Below are positions 12,801 through 35,430 of a stretch of DNA of 64,000 nucleotides, piece by piece. The stretch comes from the human T2T-CHM13v2.0 reference genome, Homo sapiens. Under the pieces are notes generated by a model. That model made no database searches. It worked only from the letters and a program-made list of their open reading frames with translations, and had not been told where the DNA came from. The translations under genes were made by a program, and so were the position numbers. The stretch lies in NCBI RefSeq assembly GCF_009914755.1, contig NC_060931.1, one strand, 5' to 3'. The number at the start of each line of letters is the position of its first letter. Position 1 is the stretch's first letter.

Positions 12801-15033
12801 TCCATGAGCTGAGTATTTACAGACATATGGTCTACTACTGATTGAAAAAAGTTATAATATCTACAGCAAGAGTCCAATTTGAGAAGGAAAAATCTTTATA
12901 CAAGTATAGGAAAGTTTAAAATAGAATACATAAGACAGTATTTGTAATGACATTAAGGGGCCATTTTTACAACCTGAGTTTTAGAAAATAAATGTGCTCC
13001 TTGGGAAATTTAAATAGCGTGTTAAAAACGTCATAGGAGTAGCACCCATCATGTCCATAATCAGAAAATAAAGTTAAAAACCCAGTCAACATCATATAGT
13101 TGGACTGTCTGAAACAATGTTTCTAATGGAGACACAGAAGCAAGGAATCCAGCCAGCTTTGTCGGCTCCAAAACAAAACACTTTATGGCATGAAAAGATG
13201 GCTGGTATCTTATCAAGAGGAGTGTTGGTCTCTAAGGGTAGGTGGTTTGGGCTCTGCTGGTGTGTGTGCCTGTCCTGCTAGTCTGATTCTAAGGAGAACA
13301 GAGAAGAGAGGGAATATGGATGTCGCTTCCTGTCCATAAGGAACTTCATCTTTTTAATTCCACCCAGTGTGTATGTGGTAGGAGTGGGGTGGGAGTGAGA
13401 TAGTGGGACTGGTGGGGTGTCCCTGGAAGAGGGACTAACATGTATCAAGCACTTTCTTGCTTTTTCAAAGTCCCAGAAGCATGCGATGGCCCTTTACATA
13501 CATTGTAATTTAATTGGTGTAATTTTAAGAGAAAAATAATACTTCCTCCCTTTTTATAGATAAAGAATCTGAAGTCAGGAGAAGTTAAGTCACTTACTAC
13601 TTATGTGACTTAATGTACAAGAGTTGGGACACTTTTTTTTTTCTTTTTTTTTTTGAGACAGAGGTTCACTCCCGTTGCCCAGTCTGGAGTACAATGGCGC
13701 TATCTGGGCTCACCGCAACCTCTGCCTTCCCAGGTTCAAGTGATTCTCCTGCCTCAACCTTCCTGAGTAGCTGGGATTACAGGCATGCACCACCAAGCCC
13801 AGCTAATTTTGTATGGGACACATTTTGAACCAAACTATATCAGGCTGTCTCTGGGCAACACATAACATGAGAGGGCTTGAGAAGTCTATGAATGAGTAAG
13901 AATGTTTAAAAAATATGCCACAAGAAAGGAATAAGGACACAAGCAAAGCACTGAATCAAAGACACTGAATTTTGTTTCTAATAGCTCTAGGGCACTTAAA
14001 AAAATTTTTTTTTGAGAAGGGATAGAAAGGATATGGAAGTACGAAGTTGTAAAGACAGGTTCTTTAACTGCACAATGGACTTTCACCTCTGTACACAATA
14101 AATGGGGCCTGTTGCCTTGGAGTTTTATTTACTCATTGACATAGAAACAGAAATCACTCCTATCACTCCTAGCGGCAAACTCTGGATCTGAAATTCATAT
14201 GTCAAAGAGCACAGCACTTGTACAGAATTCACAAATGGAAGATTTTTTTTCCTCCCCTTTTAACGCTGAAACTGGATGTCTTTATCAATGGAAAAAGGGA
14301 TATCCATTTTTATTTCTGAGTAACTAGTTAAGAGCTTTTTAGATAGTCAATTATTCAATCAACTTGAAAAACTAAAAATTATCACTTCATATTTTGCCAT
14401 CAAAAGATTTCTTAGAAATTCCAAATAATGAAAAAACAAAAAGCCCACAGAAAACCAAATATATGGATTTAAGCTTTAATAACTTATTATTTGTCTTTAA
14501 CATTGAGACAGGGAAGTAAACAAAGGTACTGCATTAATTAAAAGTTGCATGTAAAAGAAATCACATCATAATCCCACATAAAACTTGTAGCAAGTATTTT
14601 TACTTCTCAACAATACAATCTACACTTGCCTACTAATTTACAGTTGGGCTACTATAATCCAATTACCTTTCCAACAAGGAATGTATTTTTAAACTTAAAT
14701 TGGATGACACCCTAGGAAGTTATTCCAAACAAAACAATGAAGCTGCCATATACGGAAGACAATTTAGTAGAAGATGAGATGCAATAGTCTCTATACTGAC
14801 TCTTGCAAAACTTGTTCTTGCTAATTGCTGCATGATGTAAATAGAAAGATGATTTTTTTAAACATGCAAAACATCAGTCTAGGTATGTGACTTCTCTTCA
14901 AACTTCCCTGAAGACAACAGTGAACTGACTTCAATATTATGACTATTCAAAATAGAACTGAAACAAGGTACTATAAATGTTTATATGAATATGGTTTAAA
15001 ATGTATAAGGAGCAGAAAACAGAGATGAAATAA

Positions 15034-15369
<336 letters not shown>

Positions 15370-15410
15370 TCATTTTTTTTTTTAATTAAAATTTTTTTTA
15401 AAAAAACATA

Positions 15411-15702
15411 GAGACAGGGTCTCATTATGTTGCCCAGGCTGTAGTACGGTGGCTATTCACAGGCATGACCCCACCACTGATCAGCTTAGGAGTATGGACC
15501 TGCTCTGTTTTCAACCAGGGCTAGTTCACCCCTCCTCAGGCAACCTGGTGGTCCCCTGCTCCCAGGAGGTTCCTATATTGATGCCGAACTTAGTGCAGAC
15601 ACTTGATTGGCACAGCACACTAAAGCTTGGAACTCCTGGGCTCAAGTGATCCTTTCACCTCAACCTCCCAGGGACCATAGGCGCTAGGCCAGTACGCCCA
15701 GC
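15411..15702 (-). pseudogene. 7SL (SRP RNA) pseudogene
   Basis: Contains the S-domain absent from Alu (plus strand: ...gttcacccctcctcaggcaacctggtggtcccc...attgatgccgaacttagtgc...) between the Alu-domain ends; many substitutions. Confidence 0.92.
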
Positions 15703-15865
15703 CTCATGTTTTTTATCATTTAAGATCACTGCAAAAACTTATCCTAGTAGATGACTGTGAGTGAGACTGATTGCAGCCTTATGAATTTACAGACATATGT
15801 ATATGCAAACTGATGAGAACCTATGGTTCCCATCTCAATGTATTTCTTAAACTTTGCAAAAATCT

Positions 15866-16712
<847 letters not shown>

Positions 16713-17436
16713 TGATTGAAATGAAACAAGATGAAAAGCTTTCTGTTTTAATTTTGGACTCCTTCTACATCTCACAATTGGTATTCCTGCCCTTAAAAAG
16801 AAACAAACAATATTGTTTAAGATCACTATTTTGTTATAAGTTAAATTAAAAATGGCAAAAAGGTAATGCAATTTAAGCTTTTATTATTGGTGCACTATAT
16901 CGAGTACATCTAAATGAGGAGTAAAAAGTTAAGATTTAACTTACTACCCTTCCTTCTTACTGTGCCACATAAACACATTAAGTAAATACTAAGGCAAGAG
17001 AACAATAAACAAAATTATTTTGAGATTTAAATTCATGAATTAATAGTAACTAGTAGCAAAATTATCTGAAATCATATGAAGGACTGGCGGGTGATAACTT
17101 GAGTTGAATACTATGCATCAATTAAATACATTTTTAAATAGTTATGATATCCATGTGATATAATAGCATAAATACAATATAGTTATGAAAATATAAGTAT
17201 AAATTTATAAACAAATTAAGTAAACAATCTTGATTTAAAACATTACAGAATGACTTCATTTGGGTAAAAAAATTATACTTAATTATATACATAGAAAAAT
17301 AAAGGAAGTACACTTACTAAAACGGGGGTCTTTTAAGGTGGTGAAAATTATAGATTTCTTTTGCTCATCTAGATTCACTTTTATATCAACGTGTATTGTA
17401 TGATATAAAAAGAATCAATACAAAATAAAATAGATA

Positions 17437-17955
17437 AATTATTTATTTATTTGAGACAGGGTCTCACTCTATCACCCAGACTGGAGTGCAGTGGTATGAT
17501 CTTAGCTTACCAGCCTCAACCTTCTGGGGTCAAGTGATCCTCCTGCCTCAGCCTCTCAAGTAGCTGGAACTATAGGCATGTGCCACCACACCTGGCTTTT
17601 ATATGTGTATGTGTGTGTGTGTGTGTGTGTCTTTTGATTTCTTACTTAAATAGGATTAAATTCTGTATTTAAATAAACTTTTAGAGGAAATGACATTTAT
17701 GTTGCAATAGGTAGGTCAGGTCCAAGAAAACAGGATGTAAGATAATACCATAAATGGCGTCTTCATTTATAGTATTGATACATTTGATTTGTGTGTGTGT
17801 GTGTGTGTGGTTTTTTTTTGATGTATTTGATTTTTAGTAGAGATGAGGTCCCCTTATTTTGCCCAGGCTGGTCTCTAACTCTTAGGCTCAGGTGATCCTC
17901 CTGCCTCCACCTCCCAACGTGCTGGGATTACAGGTATGAGCCACCTTGCCCGGCC
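17437..17955 (-). mobile_element. AluJ interrupted in its linker by (TG)n tracts and a non-Alu insert
   Basis: Right arm ~17450-17597 and left arm ~17830-17955 are separated by ~230 bp of non-Alu sequence. Confidence 0.85.
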
Positions 17956-19298
17956 TGGTAAATAGTTTAAAATAAACAAATTCCTTATAAAAAGCTGGAT
18001 CATAATTCAGGTACTCATGAGTCCAATTATTAAGACTTCTTTAAAGTTAGGTCACATGACTGGAAACCCATGAATGTGGACCTCATAAGTTAGTTTTCTG
18101 AAATCTATAGTGAATCACATGATCGATCTATGCTTGCTATAAGTGTACTAGAGGGGATTCAAAAGTGGGTAAAACATATATGAAAGCTTTATTATCTATA
18201 GTAACTTATGTTTCTTGCATAGTTTTAGCCAAATTAAATTTCAGTAGCTCAAAATTAAATAATTATATATGCAATGCCTCCAAGACCCCCGGGTCACTTT
18301 AATCATCTCCAATGATTATGGCAGGCATTCAGGGGATCAGGCCCTGTTTTCTACAGTGCTAAGTGCTCAGGTTACAAATTGTTGCTCAAAATTTGGCATA
18401 ATGCTGGATATCTCCCCATATCCCATCTTTTTAAACTTTAAGAAAGATGTATGACATCACCAAACATTCTGCTATCTCCAAATCTGAGGGCTCAAATGGA
18501 ATATTGTTTAGAGATAATTTTTTAATGCATTACATAATTAAATCTACTTTAAGAGAGTATCATGTCTAAAAGTAAGTTGAACAAAATTAGCTTTATTAAC
18601 AGAAGGGAGAAGATAGGACAATATGTATTGAATAACTACTACGTGGTAAGCACTGTTTACAACTTTATGTATATCATCTCTTTTTCAATCTTAATCCAGG
18701 AAGGCACTTAGAATAGTATACTGTTAGAATTCTCCAAAATATAATTACTTTAAAACATCAAGTGAAATAAAATACAAACACTAAGAACATATTCTTTATT
18801 AATTATTATTATTAGGCCTTATAGCAACATTGCCTGACAAAGTCAAAATACATTCTTAATATAATACCCTGAAGTAAACAAGGCATAAGAGTATTTAGGT
18901 GAATCATCCCCATTCTAGATAACTAGAAATTGAAGCTTAGAAAAGTTTAGTATCTTGTCCAAGGATAAACCATTAAAATGTGGCAGAGCTGAGATTTGAA
19001 CCAAGGACTTACCAACTACTAAACTTTCAAAGACCACCCCATTCCCTTACAAGATTGTCTTCTGTTCAAGCCATAGATTCTATAACTTGTTAAAGGAAAA
19101 AGATACTGTATATCATTACTAAATAAGCCACACACAAAGAATTACAGAATAAAAATTATGGAACACTAGAGTTTCCTATCTTACCAAAATTAGGAACATG
19201 TGACAAAATCTCTTTTATGTACATATTGTACACAAAATAGAATTTTTATTCTATTTATCTAGCTTAGAAAGTCATCAAAATTTTAAAAATTGACAACA

Positions 19299-19603
<305 letters not shown>

Positions 19604-20670
19604 TTACATAAAAATTGGCAACAAATGTACACCTGCTTAAATTACCCAAACAGGGAAACTTTATCCAAAAGCTTCAGAGTACAAGAATCAAACGAATGCT
19701 GACTGTGCTACTTAACTAGCTATTTCCTAAGTGAGTTAACAGAAAATTAGGAAAGTAACTACAGCTAGACTGTGTTTTAAGGACTAAATAAATGCGTAGA
19801 GTATACTTGGTCAACGTAGGCACCTCTAAATTTTAGTTTTTCCCTAGTTACCAAACAATAGCACAGTGCCAAATTAACCCAAATGGGAGTCAGTTTCTAA
19901 CTGCTTTCTAGTTCTAGTCCCAGTGAAGCCTCCTTTTTTCTTAAGCCGACTATAGTAAGTTTCTATTTTGCAACATTTTGCTATGCTGTATATAATGCTT
20001 GGGTTCTCAACTTTTTCCTGTCTCACTGAATTTTATCTAGCAACTTGTTCCCTTAGAACCCTAACCATTTGACAGAGAAATCCAGATAGACTGAAAAACT
20101 GATCTTTTTCACTGGGAAAAGTCTGCCTAACTAATGATATCGGAGATAAGGCAAAGGAGAAGGCTATGCCTTCTGACAAGGCAGTAGAGAAGACAGAATG
20201 GGGACAGGAAGGATCTTGCAAGCACTGGCTCTCTACTTCCACCTAATTACAAGAAGGAACTTGGCAAACAAATGAAGCAACTCTTTAATGAACTGCTAAA
20301 CTACTTTGTAATCTATCAGCACCTTGAAAATGAGGAAGATAAACAACATATATGAAAAAAATGACAAAATGGCATTTAAGTCTATAATGGCAGAAAGTTG
20401 TCTTACTTAGTTTAAATTGTATAGATTAATGGTTTAAGCAACTCTGAGAGTTAACATAAAAGTGTGTAACACAAGAAAGATAATTTGATATAGAATAGCA
20501 GTGTGTCACAATGGCCAGAGAAGTCTGCCACCTGCTGATGGAAAAACTGAATTGTATAGATTTCCCTACTGCTGTTTTTAAGGAGAGAAAAAAAACCTAT
20601 CAGGTATGGTTTAATGACATTACATGTCAAGTTGTTAGGCTGAAGATATAAACTACAACCTCTAATTTAA

Positions 20671-23999
<3,329 letters not shown>

Positions 24000-24121
24000 T
24001 CAAACTGGAACAATCATGATTTTTATCCTTCAAACATCACCACAGCCATGAATCATTATGCAATGTCATTTCCTGTTTCTTTATCACATAGCCTTTTGTT
24101 GCTATGTCTCACAACCTTACA

Positions 24122-24462
24122 CAGGTTGAGAGTATCCTTTACCCAAACTGCTTGGGACCAGATTTCGGGTATTTTGGGATTTTGGAATATTTGCACATAC
24201 ATTATATCTTGGGGATGGTGCCCAAGTTTAAATATGAAATTCATTTATGTTTCACATCTACCTTATATACATGGCCTAAAAGTAATTTTATAAAATATTT
24301 TACACAATTTTGTGGCTAAAACAAATTTGTGTACTCTTAACCATCAGAAAGCAAAGGTGTCAATATCTCAGCCACTTGTGTGGCATCATGTCAGCGTTCA
24401 AAAAGCTTCAGATTTTGAAGAGTTTTGGATTTCAGATTTTCAGATTAGGGATGCTCAATCTG
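24122..24462. mobile_element. Tigger4/MER46-like non-autonomous DNA transposon
   Basis: TA then CAGGTTGAG...ATCC at the left end; GGATGCTCAATCTG at the right end (inverted termini). Confidence 0.75.
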
Positions 24463-24649
24463 CATTCATTTTGGAGTACTGTTAGGTCTATAGTTTTGAA
24501 GCTAGTTGTGACACATAATTGGGAGATTAGCTTCCACATCTCACTAGGACATACGAAGGAGGTGGCTATGTGTTGAGAGCTACTTAAAATCTAGATATTT
24601 CAAGTGTGAATGAATATATCTTTACTCGGGGTAAACAAAAGATACATGC

Positions 24650-30065
<5,416 letters not shown>

Positions 30066-30994
30066 ATGACTGGCTTCTTCTGTACATTAATCTTGCTGCC
30101 CTATGGGATATTTCAGCTGTAGCATACACAACCCACTAGCAACTTCCTCATGTCTCTCAATTAAAAACTCTTGCAAGACAATGCATCATTTTGACCAAGT
30201 CCCAGAAGTTATTGGTTTTCTTAGCCAGTTAGATAGGCCCAACTTGGTTAGGTAGTTAACTCCGTTAGCTGTGACCAATATGAGCTATGTCTGTTGGACA
30301 TCATGGGTTTGCAGAGATTTTTCTGAGGGAGGAGGGCAGAGGATGGGCAGAGCAGACCTACATTATTACAGAAAGATGGAACTAGGATTCCAACCCAGGT
30401 CTTCTGACCCCCAGTCAAATACTTCTTCCACTTGAAGAAGCAACCTATTAAAATTAAAAAAGTTAACATGAAGCTCTTTTCACTTTTTCCATTGAAAAGC
30501 TACTAGCAGGCTACACATATATTACAATCTGAATTAATATACTATGCATACATGTAAATATTGACTGATTTCTTTAGTACCAATAAGTTGGTATTCTAGA
30601 TAGGTCTTCATTATTTGTCACAAAGATAGCAAACTGTTCCTATGATGGTATCATTGAAGGATTTTGTGAACACACTGATTTTTAACCTTACTTGGCTTAG
30701 ATAAGTGGTATACAGACCAATCCATAGTTTAAGCACAGGCAGGGAGATATGGCAACTCGGTTTTTTCCCCTACATAGGCATTATTAACCTTGGGCAAAAG
30801 AAAGCCAAGTTTTCTAAGCAGGAAAGCAACAAAAGCAAAATGAAACTTCTGAGATAAAACCATTTGCTGCTGTGGGCATACAGATGTGGGACAAATGAAT
30901 TTTAATAAGCCTTTAGAATTATTAAGACCCTTTAAGAATAAATTAATTCAAAATTAGGGAATATTATTGGAATATGAGACAAGTGGGAATTAAC

Positions 30995-31135
30995 TTTTTT
31001 TTTTAAGAGACAGGGTCTCGCTATGTTTCCCAGGCTGGAGTGCAGTAGCTATCCACAGGTGTGATTATAACCTTGAACTCCCAGACTCCAGTGATCCTCC
31101 TCTCAGCCTCCCAAATAGCTGGGACACTGGCTAAT
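30995..31135 (-). mobile_element. FAM-like fossil Alu monomer
   Basis: Retains the 7SL-like GGAGTGCAGTAGCTATCCACAGG segment; monomer length. Confidence 0.6.
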
Positions 31136-32168
31136 TTTAATTATGCAAATACATCTGTATTCAACCTGGGGTCAGTACAACCAATAGGACAAATCGTGTC
31201 TTTCGTCAGTTGGAACATATTGCAGGTGCTCAGAAATTCCAAGTATTACACCCTAAAATGATATTATTTAGTGTAGATTTTAAATTTTTTTCTATCATAA
31301 ATCATCTGACCCTAGATGTTCACATGTATAGCACACGGTCAGGCGTATACCCAGGATTATGCATTTCAGGAAATACATAAGCGTGCAAGTTTGTGCAAGA
31401 ATTGTCTTCCTGAGTGGGTTCTAATTAAAATACAAAACGAAACTAAATATCCTCATTTTTGAAACAATTACTTATAATGTATCTCAAAGGGAATTCTTGA
31501 GACACCCTCTTCAATAAAAAATTAAATTCGAAAATGTATACAAGAGCTTTGGGAGTTAAGATGAAAACAAAGATATTTCGTGGGAGTTTTGAGACAAGAA
31601 GGAATACATTCAAATACAAAATAAACTATCCTGAATTTCTCCTGGATTGCCATTCTTGTAAAATTTTAGATATTGCACATTTTCATAATCTAACTCACGG
31701 CAGCCCCAACATAAAACTAGTCCTCTGCGGGAATTGCAACTAGATTAGCGGCAACGGTTTGACGCGGATCCGGGGAGAGGGCGGGAGCAAGGCAGGGAGA
31801 GAAGGAGCCACCTGCCCAGGACATGCAGCTTATCTCTAGAGAAACGGGTTTTGCAGCACAAAGTAGCCTGTGTCCGATTCATCTATTTTCTGCCTTGTTC
31901 CTTCAAACGGAAACCTAACAAAGACCACGGGCAGCCAAGGGCCGCAGCCGGGGACCCAACCCTGGTCACCAAGCCCGCGGAGTGGCCGCACGCGGGGCGG
32001 CCGGGTCCCCCAAGCTGCGCGTCCCGAGCTAGCGAGATCCCAGCCTGACAGGCGACGCCGGCAGCTCCCCGTCGCGACCGAACAGCGGCCCAGCACAGGC
32101 TGCCGAGGCCAGCGGACGGCCCAGCCGGCCCCTCGCGTGCTCTGGGCGCGCCGAGCCTCCACACTCAC

Positions 32169-32321
32169 CATCTCGATGATCTTGGTCTTCCGCCCCGTCT
32201 TCCTCTTCAAGGTGAATATGTACTGAGCCAGCACCACCCCCGCCACCAGGGCGCACACGCTGGCGCTCGCTACCGCGCCCACCCTCGCCACGGCCGCGCG
32301 GTCCATGGACGGGGCCCTCAT
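32169..32321 (-). CDS. NT5C3A: NT5C3A first coding exon (long isoform N-terminus, 51 codons)
   Basis: Translates MRAPSMDRAAVARVGAVASASVCALVAGVVLAQYIFTLKRKTGRKTKIIEM, recognised as the N-terminus of cytosolic 5'-nucleotidase 3A; followed by donor ATG|GTGAGT; lies in a CpG island. Confidence 0.95.
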
Positions 32322-32407
32322 GCGCGTCCAAGCAGGAAAAAAACAGGCAGCTCGCGTAGACTGCGAGTCTCGGAAGCGCGGGATCCCAGAGCATCACGGA
32401 CGAGCCC

Positions 32408-32449
32408 GCGACGCCCCGCCCCGCGCAGCGACGCCCCGCCCCGCGCAGC
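32408..32449. repeat. 20-bp perfect tandem duplication containing Sp/KLF GC boxes
   Basis: GCGACGCCCCGCCCCGCGCA twice (32408-32427, 32428-32447) followed by GC. Confidence 0.95.
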
Positions 32450-33125
32450 TTCGCCCCCACGAAGCCCCACCCACACGCCATCGATGGGAGAGGCCAGGAC
32501 GCAGCGGGAGGGGTGTGGCCTGTGCCCGGAGCCCAGGCTGGAGGCGGCCTTCAGCAGACTCAGGGTCTCACGAGCTGCTGTCAGGGCAGGGCAGAGTATT
32601 GCGGTAATTATCCTTCTCTGCTAATGAGGATTAGGCCGTGGTTCGCTCGAGCCCCGCCCCAGTAGAAATCTAATTCCAACTGCGGCCCGCTAAGAAGTCG
32701 CTCTCCGCCTTCGCGCCTCAGCCCCTCTGGACTCCGACCCCCAGAAGGCTGCGCGGCACGGTGTGACCTGCGCAGTGGCGTCCGTTCTAAGTGCTATAAC
32801 AACAGGGGGAAGATGGCTCAGAGTTAGGCTGGAGAGGGGCGGTGTCCCTTCCGCCGCAGCCGCGGGGTTTCTGCTACATCCCATTCGCCACCTCCGCCAT
32901 CCTTTTTTCTGTGTGAGCAGAAGGGCTTGCAGTTGTTCTCTCCTGCCTAGTGTCTTCCAAGGGATAGATGCCATTTCTTCTGCTGGTCTCTGGGGGTGAG
33001 GAGGGGCGCAGGGGAGCTTCTTGGGGGAATCGCTCCAACTCTGTGGAGCTGGTGGTGCTGCCTGGTGGGGCTCTCTCTGCCCAGGACGTGGAACAACTTT
33101 CAGCCGGAGGACTAGAGGAAATAGT

Positions 33126-33360
33126 TGTAGGGGAGGAAAAATTGTTTCCTTCTAGCCTTTTAGGTCATTTGGCTGGTCTACAAATTAAATTGATGTAAGA
33201 CAGAGGAACATGAGAAAAACGATTTGTCGACCGAAAGGTGAAATAACAGGTACTAAAACTTAAAGAAATCATGGTTAGTTTTATTACTCGGTCAAGTTTG
33301 AGGACTTAAGCCTGGGAACACAGACTCAGTATAGACCGAGAACGTGTCCCAAAGTAAGTT
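33126..33360 (-). mobile_element. ERV1-type LTR end fragments
   Basis: TGTAGGGGAGGAAAA... and TGTCGACCGAAAG... resemble reverse-oriented LTR 3' termini. Confidence 0.4.
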
Positions 33361-34021
33361 AGCTGGGAGTATAACCTGAAGAAGACTGAGTTTTAATACC
33401 CAGAATATTTGAGTATCAATATCTAGACTACTGTGTCATTTTGTCGCCAAAGTAATTTTTTATGAATCCAGTTTTGCACCAAATACCAATATGACTTAAA
33501 TGTTGTCTGATTGTGAGGCCTAAGATGGTCACAGTCTCATTTATCTTTCTTCCTCAACAAAAACATTTTCCATATATTACATATTATTTTGAATGGGTAG
33601 AGACTAAAGCCACGTTTCTATAATTTCAGGATTTTAAACATTTTGTAGACGATAACATTCGTCTTGAAGCTGTGGACAATCTAAAACAGAAATGGAGTTC
33701 CAAATTTTGTTTTTGTAATATGGCCCGTCAACTGCACATGGGAAGAATGTGGGTACTCTGAAATATGATTTCTATTTTAACTAGTTATACTATATTATAG
33801 GTCTGATTATCATCTATATGAGATGTTAAAGCTGTAGGAGTATAGTCAATTAGACTACAAACCCTGGTAGTAAATTTCCAGGAGGAAAGGGGTCCATATG
33901 TTTTTTATAAGTGTAAACCTTGTGTTTCTGAATCTAAGAGGGTTGGCCATGTTTGGAGACTATTTCAGCTTCTATGTGAATTAACATATTAATTATTCTT
34001 GTTGAAAGACATGGAAGATCT

Positions 34022-34394
34022 TGATATGGTTTGACCCTGTATCCTCACCCACATCTTATTTTGAATTATACTCCCATAATTCCCATGTGTTGTGGGAGGG
34101 ACCTGGTGGGAGATAATTGAATCATTGGGGTGTTTTCTTCCATACTGTTTTCGTGGTAGTGACTTAAGTATCAGGAGATCTGATGGTTTTATCAGGGTTT
34201 TCGCTTTTGCGTCTTCCTCATTCTCTCTTTGTCTGCTCCCATCCATGTAAGATGGGACTTGCTCCCTGCCTTCCACTATGATTGTGAGGCTTCCCCAGCC
34301 ACGTGGAACTGGAAGTCCAATTAAACCTCTTTCTTTTGTAAATTGCGCAGTCTGGGGTATGTCTTTATCAGCAGCCTGAAAACAGACTAGTACA
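34022..34394 (+). mobile_element. THE1 solo LTR (MaLR)
   Basis: TGATATGGTTTG...CAGACTAGTACA, 373 bp, perfect 5-bp TSD GATCT. Confidence 0.92.
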
Positions 34395-34437
34395 GATCTC
34401 TACACGGAGAACTACAAAATACTGATGAAAGAAATCA

Positions 34438-35430
34438 GGCCAGGTGAGGTGGCTGGTGCCTGTAATCTCAGCACTTTGGAAGCCCAAGGTTGGGGGATTG
34501 CTTGAGGCCACAAGTTTGAGACCAGTCTCGGCAACATAGCGAGACCCTGTCTCTACAATCCCTGAAAAACCAAAGAAATTAGCTGGGCATGGTGCTGCGT
34601 TTCACTCTCGTCCGTGTGAAGAGACCACCAAACAGGCTTTGTGTGAGCAACAAGGCTGTTTATTTCACCTGGGTGCAGGCGGGATGAGTCCAAAAGAGAG
34701 TCAGTGAAGGGAGATAGGGGTGGGGCCGTTTTGTAATATTTGGGTAGGTAAAGGAAAATGTGTTAACAGTCAAAGGGGGGTTGTTCTCTGGCAGGCAGGG
34801 GTGGGGGTCGCAAGGTGCTCACTGGGGGAGCTTTTGAGCCAGGATGAGCCAGGAGAAGGAATTTCACAAGGTAATGTCATCAGTTAAGGCAGGGACCCAC
34901 CATTTTTCACTTCTTTTGTGGTGGAATGTCATCAGTTAAGGCAGGAACAGGCCATTTTCACTTCTTTTGTGATTCTTCACTTGTTTCAGGCCATCTGGGC
35001 ATATAACTTGCAGGTCACAGGGTATATGATGGCTTAGCTTGGGCTCAGAGGCCTGACACTGCATGCCTGTAGTCCCAACTACTCAGGAGGCTGAGGTGGG
35101 AGGATTGCTGGAGCCTAGCAGTTGGAGGCTGCAGTGAGCTATGATTATGGACTCCAGCCTTGGTGAAAAGGTCAGGAGATCGAGAACATCCTGGCTAACA
35201 CGATGAAACCCCGTCACTACTAAAAATACAAAAAATTAGCTGGGCGTGGTGGCGGGTGCCTGTAGTCCCAGTTACTCGGGAGGCTGAGGCAGGAGAATGG
35301 CATGAACCCAGGAGGTGGAGCTTTCAGTGAGCCGAGATCATGCCACTGCACTCCAGCCTGGGCAACAGAGCAAGACTGTGTCTCAAAAAAAAAAAAAAAA
35401 AAAAAAAAAAAGTGAGACCCTGTCTCAAGA
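34438..35430 (+). mobile_element. AluJ hosting LTR7 and a 5'-truncated AluY (~35170-35411)
   Basis: The Alu sequence resumes after each insertion. Confidence 0.85.
34600..35058 (-). mobile_element. HERV-H solo LTR (LTR7)
   Basis: Minus strand begins TGTCAGGCCTCTGAGCCCAAGCTAAGCC and ends CACACGGACGAGAGTGAAA; duplicated U3 repeat; TSD CTGCG/CTGCA; inserted in an Alu. Confidence 0.93.

Larger units (their letters stand above)
31740..32900. promoter_or_regulatory. CpG island / main NT5C3A promoter
   Basis: Abrupt GC- and CpG-rich stretch spanning exon 1, with multiple GGGGCGGGGC boxes (32415, 32435, 32651). Confidence 0.92.

Noticed and set aside
15411-15702. Functional 7SL gene
   Set aside because: Heavy CpG decay and indels relative to 7SL; A-rich tail indicates a retrocopy.
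31836-32168. Extension of the exon 1 ORF to 161 aa
   Set aside because: It reads through a strong GTGAGT donor into GC-rich intron where stops are rare; no recognisable domain.
31851-33198. Several overlapping ORFs in the CpG island
   Set aside because: Expected by chance at high GC; low-complexity R/P/G/A content.
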